Shown: piece after piece, positions 59,668 through 64,000 of the stretch
How positions within the stretch are numbered: the first letter of the stretch is position 1
Layout of the letters: each line of letters starts with the position of its first letter
NCBI GenBank assembly: GCA_963662265.2
Contig: CAXXHA010000001.1
Span: 96,001-160,000, forward strand
Direction of reading: 5' to 3'
DNA length: 64,000 nt
Source of the DNA: Spirochaetia bacterium
Lineage (GTDB): Bacteria > Spirochaetota > Spirochaetia > CADAEX01
The notes under the pieces: generated by a model
What the model was told of the DNA's origin: nothing
Databases searched by the model: none
What the model saw: only the letters and a program-made list of their open reading frames with translations
Position numbers and translations under genes: made by a program

Positions 59668-61453
59668 ATGCACTCATATTTGAAGCTACTTCAACCAAAA
59701 ATACAGGATCTTTCCGAACTCGTTTCTTCAACTTTAAACATGGATATCACTGTAGTTGATTCAAATTTCCGCAGGATTGCAGGGACAGGTGATTTCTTTG
59801 AACAAATTGATACACAAAGCCCAAAAATTTCAATCTTTGGAGAAGTCCTGAAAACAGGACTCCCTGCTGTCAATAATGATAAGCATCAGAATAAAATTTG
59901 CCGCAAATGCCCAAGTTTTCCAACCTGCTTTGAAAAAAAAAATATAACCCTCCCCATTCTGATACGAGAGATACCGATCGGTGTTGTGAGTCTGGCCTGT
60001 TTCACTGAAGATCAACTTCAGAGTATTTACGGAAGAGAAAGTGAATGTCAGTCAATGCTGAGACATATGAAAAAAGTCATTGAAAACGAAATTGTTGGAC
60101 TTGAACTCCACAATAAAATCATCAGTCACAAAGCAGAACTCAACGAAGTCATTAATTGCATTGATAAGGGAATTATTGTTATTGGAGAAGATTTCGCTAT
60201 AAATCATATAAATTCCGCCGCCATTACAAATCTGGATTTAAATATGTCGAAAGAGACTATTATCAATTCAAAACTTAATAAAATTATTTCAGGTATCAAA
60301 CTTGGAATTCATGAAAACGTTGAATCTCTGGCATACTGGAATCTTAAAAATAAACAGTACAAAGTTATTTATAAAATAAACCGTATAATTCTTGAAAGTA
60401 AAAACCATTTCACAATTATAACCTTTGATACTATTAAAGAAATGATAAACAAGGTTATAGACTATAAAGATAAAAAATGTTATTACTTTTTCTTCAATAA
60501 TAGGTAAAAGCGATACTTTTAAAAGTGCAATAAAAGCAGCACAGATAGCAGCAAACTCCGATTCGAATGTTCTGCTATCCGGAGAAAGCGGAACAGGAAA
60601 AGAGCTTTTTGCCCGCTCTATTTCACAATGAAAGCTATCGCAGAAACGGGCCATTTATTGCAGTAAACTGTGCAAGTATTCCGGAATCACTTATTGAATC
60701 CGAGTTGTTCGGATATGAAAAGGGATCATTTTACAGGTGCTGATCCTCTGGGAAGAAAGGGAAAGTTTGAAGCAGCTGAAGGGGGCACGCTATTTCTTGA
60801 TGAAATCACAGAAATACCCATTAATTGGCAGGCAAAATTATTAAGAGTTCTACAGGAAAAAACAGTCAGCAGAATCGGCAGCATAAAACCAGTAAATCTG
60901 AATTGTTCGCATTATTGCTGCAAGCAATAGCAATTTACAGGAAAAAGTTATCAATAAAGAGTTCCGGCTGGATCTATTTTTTCAGATTACATATTATTCC
61001 AGTTTATCTGCCGGCCCTGAGAGAACGAGAAGATGATGTCCTGATTCTTGCAGATTACTTACTGTGAGAATAATTACAAAAAAAACTTCATAAACGGAGT
61101 AAACAACTAAGTCAGGAAGTAAAAAAATGTTTTTTACAAAAATATCACTGGCCCGGTAATATTCGTGAACTTGAAAATCTGATAGAATATGGAATAAATT
61201 TCTGCTTTTTCCGATGAGATTCAGATTCAACACCTGCCCGATTATATAACAAACAGAGACATACAGCTTCCCTGCCAGCATTTTGTGAGAGAAAAAAACA
61301 GGATATAAAATCGGTGATTACTGAAATAGAAAAAAAAGGTAATCAAACAATATCTTTGATGAATATGGAAATTCAACAGAAAGTAAGAAAAAAATTGCCA
61401 AAGAGCTTAACATCAGCCTGACAACTCTGTATAGAAAACTGGGCAAATTATAA
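59668..61453 (+). pseudogene. sigma54-dependent activator broken by several frameshifts (likely assembly errors)
   Basis: Pieces in different frames: [49 protein letters not shown]. Confidence 0.8.
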
Positions 61454-61530
61454 ACCAATCTGCCTCCTGCCCCCCAGGACAAAACTGCAGACAGGTTTAT
61501 AAAATTCCAGAATGAAGAATATGTAAATAA

Positions 61531-62800
61531 TCAATAAGATGATAGTATATCAATCACATCACTATCCACATTTTTTTAATGAATTCTGACTGATTATTCC
61601 CAGATTTCGAAATGCTTTCCTCAGCATCATGACCAATAATCCCGTCAAAATTTTCAATAGAGATATTATTCTTTGCCATAAGAGCCTGATAGTAAGCCTC
61701 GCATAGCTTGCAGTTGCAACCTTGTATGAACAACTTCCCTTTGCCCCGTCACAAATCATTCCGGCCAGACTGCCTATCATGTTGTTGATTGCACACTCAA
61801 TCTCTGTTTCCTTACCCCCTAAAAGCCAGGTAATAGCTGTTGAGGCCCCAATCCCTGCCGCTACTGCACATCCGCATATCGGAGAAAGTGTACCTGTATG
61901 CTGTTTAATATATGCAGTTATAAGATGACTTATTACAAGTGCCCGTTCAAGCTCTTCATCAGATTTATCCAGTTCACGGGCAACAATGGCAACAGGCAAT
62001 ATTGCGGTAATTCCGTGATTACCGCTTCCTGCACTGCTCATAACAGGAACTTTTACTCCAGCCATTCTTGCATCACACGCAGCAGCTGTAATTGCCCGGA
62101 TTTTATTTGATATATCATTTGATAGTTTCTTCTGATGAATAAGAGAAAATAACTTATTACCAAGACCTGAACTGTATGGTGTATCTGAGCCGATATTTGC
62201 CATATTCATATTCATCTTGACACCATCAATAAGAAAAGAAAGATCTGCTGGATTTGCAGTTTCTGCAAATTCAAGAATAGATGAAATATTCAGATACTTA
62301 TATTTATCAGATATTTCTTCACTCTCATTTTCCTGAGCATTTTTCAAACACTGCCTGTTTATTTTTTTTTATGCTTACTATATTGGGTATGGCCTGATCT
62401 AATTGTACATTCACCCTGACCGGAATCAGATTCTACAAGGGCATGGATGTAAAAATCCCCCTCTTTATCTGTCGCTTTAATATCAATTATATCTGAAGCC
62501 AGTATTTTCCTTGCCTTTTCAACACAGTCTGCATCAACATTTTTAAATACTTCAAGTCCAGGCATCAGCTTCCCCGCAGACAATTGCAAGTGCACTTGCA
62601 AAAGCAATTCCTTTATCATCAGTACCGGGAATTCCAACACGCATTCCATTTTTATATATATTACAGGCTTGTCTCAATACTTATTTTAAGGATCTCTCCT
62701 TCAATCTGCTTATATGAATTAACAACAGCTATTGCAACTGCAACAGGTTCTGTACAGCCAATAGCAGGGACTCACTTGCGATTTAAGAAGATTTACCCAT
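61531..62800 (-). pseudogene. YhaM/CdsB-like L-cysteine desulfidase (serine dehydratase alpha family), frameshifted
   Basis: PAIGCTEP, DARMAG..PVMSSAGSGNHG, LSPICGC, GMICDGAK.SC spread across frames. Confidence 0.8.
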
Positions 62801-62860
62801 TTTTCGGTTTCCAAATCTTACCCCTTACAACTGTTATATATAGAAATGTATTTTTAGATA

Positions 62861-62899
62861 GCCGGACACCACAATCAAGCATCCGGCATATAAAAAAAA
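62861..62899 (-). terminator. hairpin between nhaC and the desulfidase gene
   Basis: GCCGGA / TCCGGC stem with flanking A/T runs. Confidence 0.35.
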
Positions 62900-62903
62900 T
62901 TCT

Positions 62904-64000
62904 TTAAGATTCTGCAACCTGGTCTTTGATTTTAGCAATTCCGAATCCTGTAAACCCATAGATAATTGCAAAAATAAATCCTGAATAACAGAGAACTGCC
63001 CATGGAAGATAAGAGAGTGTCGGAACACCCTAATGTTCCAGCCATAAAAGTACCTGCAACTTGACCATGGAATTATAGGAACCACACATGTCCCGGAATC
63101 TTCAAGTGTACGGGAAAGGTTTTTAGCTTCAAGCCCTTTCTGTCTATATAAATCCTGTAAAAAGTTCACCGGGAATGAGGATCGCCATATAAGAACTTCC
63201 AGTAGCAAGACTCATGAGAATTGTCGAGGCAACAGTGGATGAAATAAGATGTCCGACAGAACGGATCTTCTGACGGAGTCTGTCGAGGATAACTTCAATT
63301 GCGCCATACTTGCTTAAAATTCCTGCAAAAGAAAGTGCACAGATAATCAGGAGCACGGTCCCCATCATTCCTCTCATACCACCACGATTGAGAAGAGTAG
63401 CAACCTCTTTCATTACATCTGCATTATCAAAACCAGCCACCTGAATAAGTTTCACATTGAATCCTTTTACAATTCCTGTAAATGCATTTTTCAGTGAAAA
63501 TCCCTGGAATATGATTCCAAGCACTCCTGCAACCATTGCAGAGAGCAGCATAAAAGGAACAGTTGGTCGTTTCCTGATAGCTCCATAAAAAATAATTACA
63601 GGGGGAATAAGCAGAAAAACATTCCAGTTAAACATGGTTTCAAGTTGAGAAAGAAGCATTGTAACTCTTTCAGGACTTGTCATTGATGAAGCAGGTGTTG
63701 CAAAACCGGTAACAAGATAAACAACAATTGCAAGAATAGCAGCAGGAACTGTAGTATAAAGCATATGCTTAATATGATCATAGAGATCCGCACCAGCTGC
63801 TGTAGGCGCCAGAATTGTTGTATCTGAAAATGGAGACAACTTATCGCCAAAAACAGCACCAGCAATTACCGCTCCTGCTGCTGCTGGAAGAGGAGTGCCA
63901 AGAGCTCCTGCAATTCCCATTATAGCAACCCCAATTGTTCCAGCAGATCCGAAAGAAGTACCTGTAAAAGTTGAAACAACAGCAGTTACCAGAAAAGCAG
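62904..64000 (-). CDS. nhaC: NhaC-family antiporter or amino-acid transporter, 3' part, frameshifted near the end
   Basis: GTSFGSAGTIG, GAVFGDKLSPFSDTT, LLNRGG, NLSRTLEDSGT..IIPW; 5' end lies outside the window. Confidence 0.85.

Noticed and set aside
684-63865. Many short ORFs antisense to or inside the long genes (e.g. 1572-2018, 4750-5205, 22661-23098, 56861-57256)
   Set aside because: Shadow frames of well-supported genes, with no RBS or recognisable motifs
1-64000. CRISPR array, or integron attC cassette array, as the explanation for the dispersed repeats
   Set aside because: No regularly spaced direct repeats, no cas or intI gene and no RYYYAAC..GTTRRRY boxes; the repeats match transposon ends instead

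Overview
AT-rich bacterial chromosomal window, probably from a free-living spirochaete (inferred from LFSC/LFLSC-type lipoboxes and gene content; not proven). A small core block (long KamA-family radical SAM gene, tRNA-Pro(GGG), pckA, class I aminotransferase, lysC, asd) sits among accessory catabolic modules. These are a self-contained glucitol-family PTS with its own EI/HPr and a SAF-domain oxidoreductase, a sigma54/RocR amino-acid module whose ~470-bp enhancer-promoter block is duplicated, a TctABC + AtuA-like/DUF4387 locus, an Afu-like ABC transporter + glycerol-1-phosphate dehydrogenase locus, and an NhaC/YhaM/sigma54 locus. The strongest unexplained structure is a family of rve/DDE elements with (C/T)GTACCGTTGCAAAATT-type ends: one intact transposase copy next to tRNA-Pro, three ~160-bp MITEs, several orphan ends and four internally deleted relics lying between accessory genes. 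Also present are an intact IS21 element inside a CMD-family gene (6-bp TSD), a probable NiCo riboswitch ahead of an internally deleted CDF gene, a TIGR04076-like gene with two in-frame TGA codons that the ORF track misses, and a degenerate copy of the tRNA 3' end. No CRISPR array or rRNA was seen. Frameshifts become dense after ~60.4 kb and are probably assembly errors. All family assignments come from motif recognition, not database searches.
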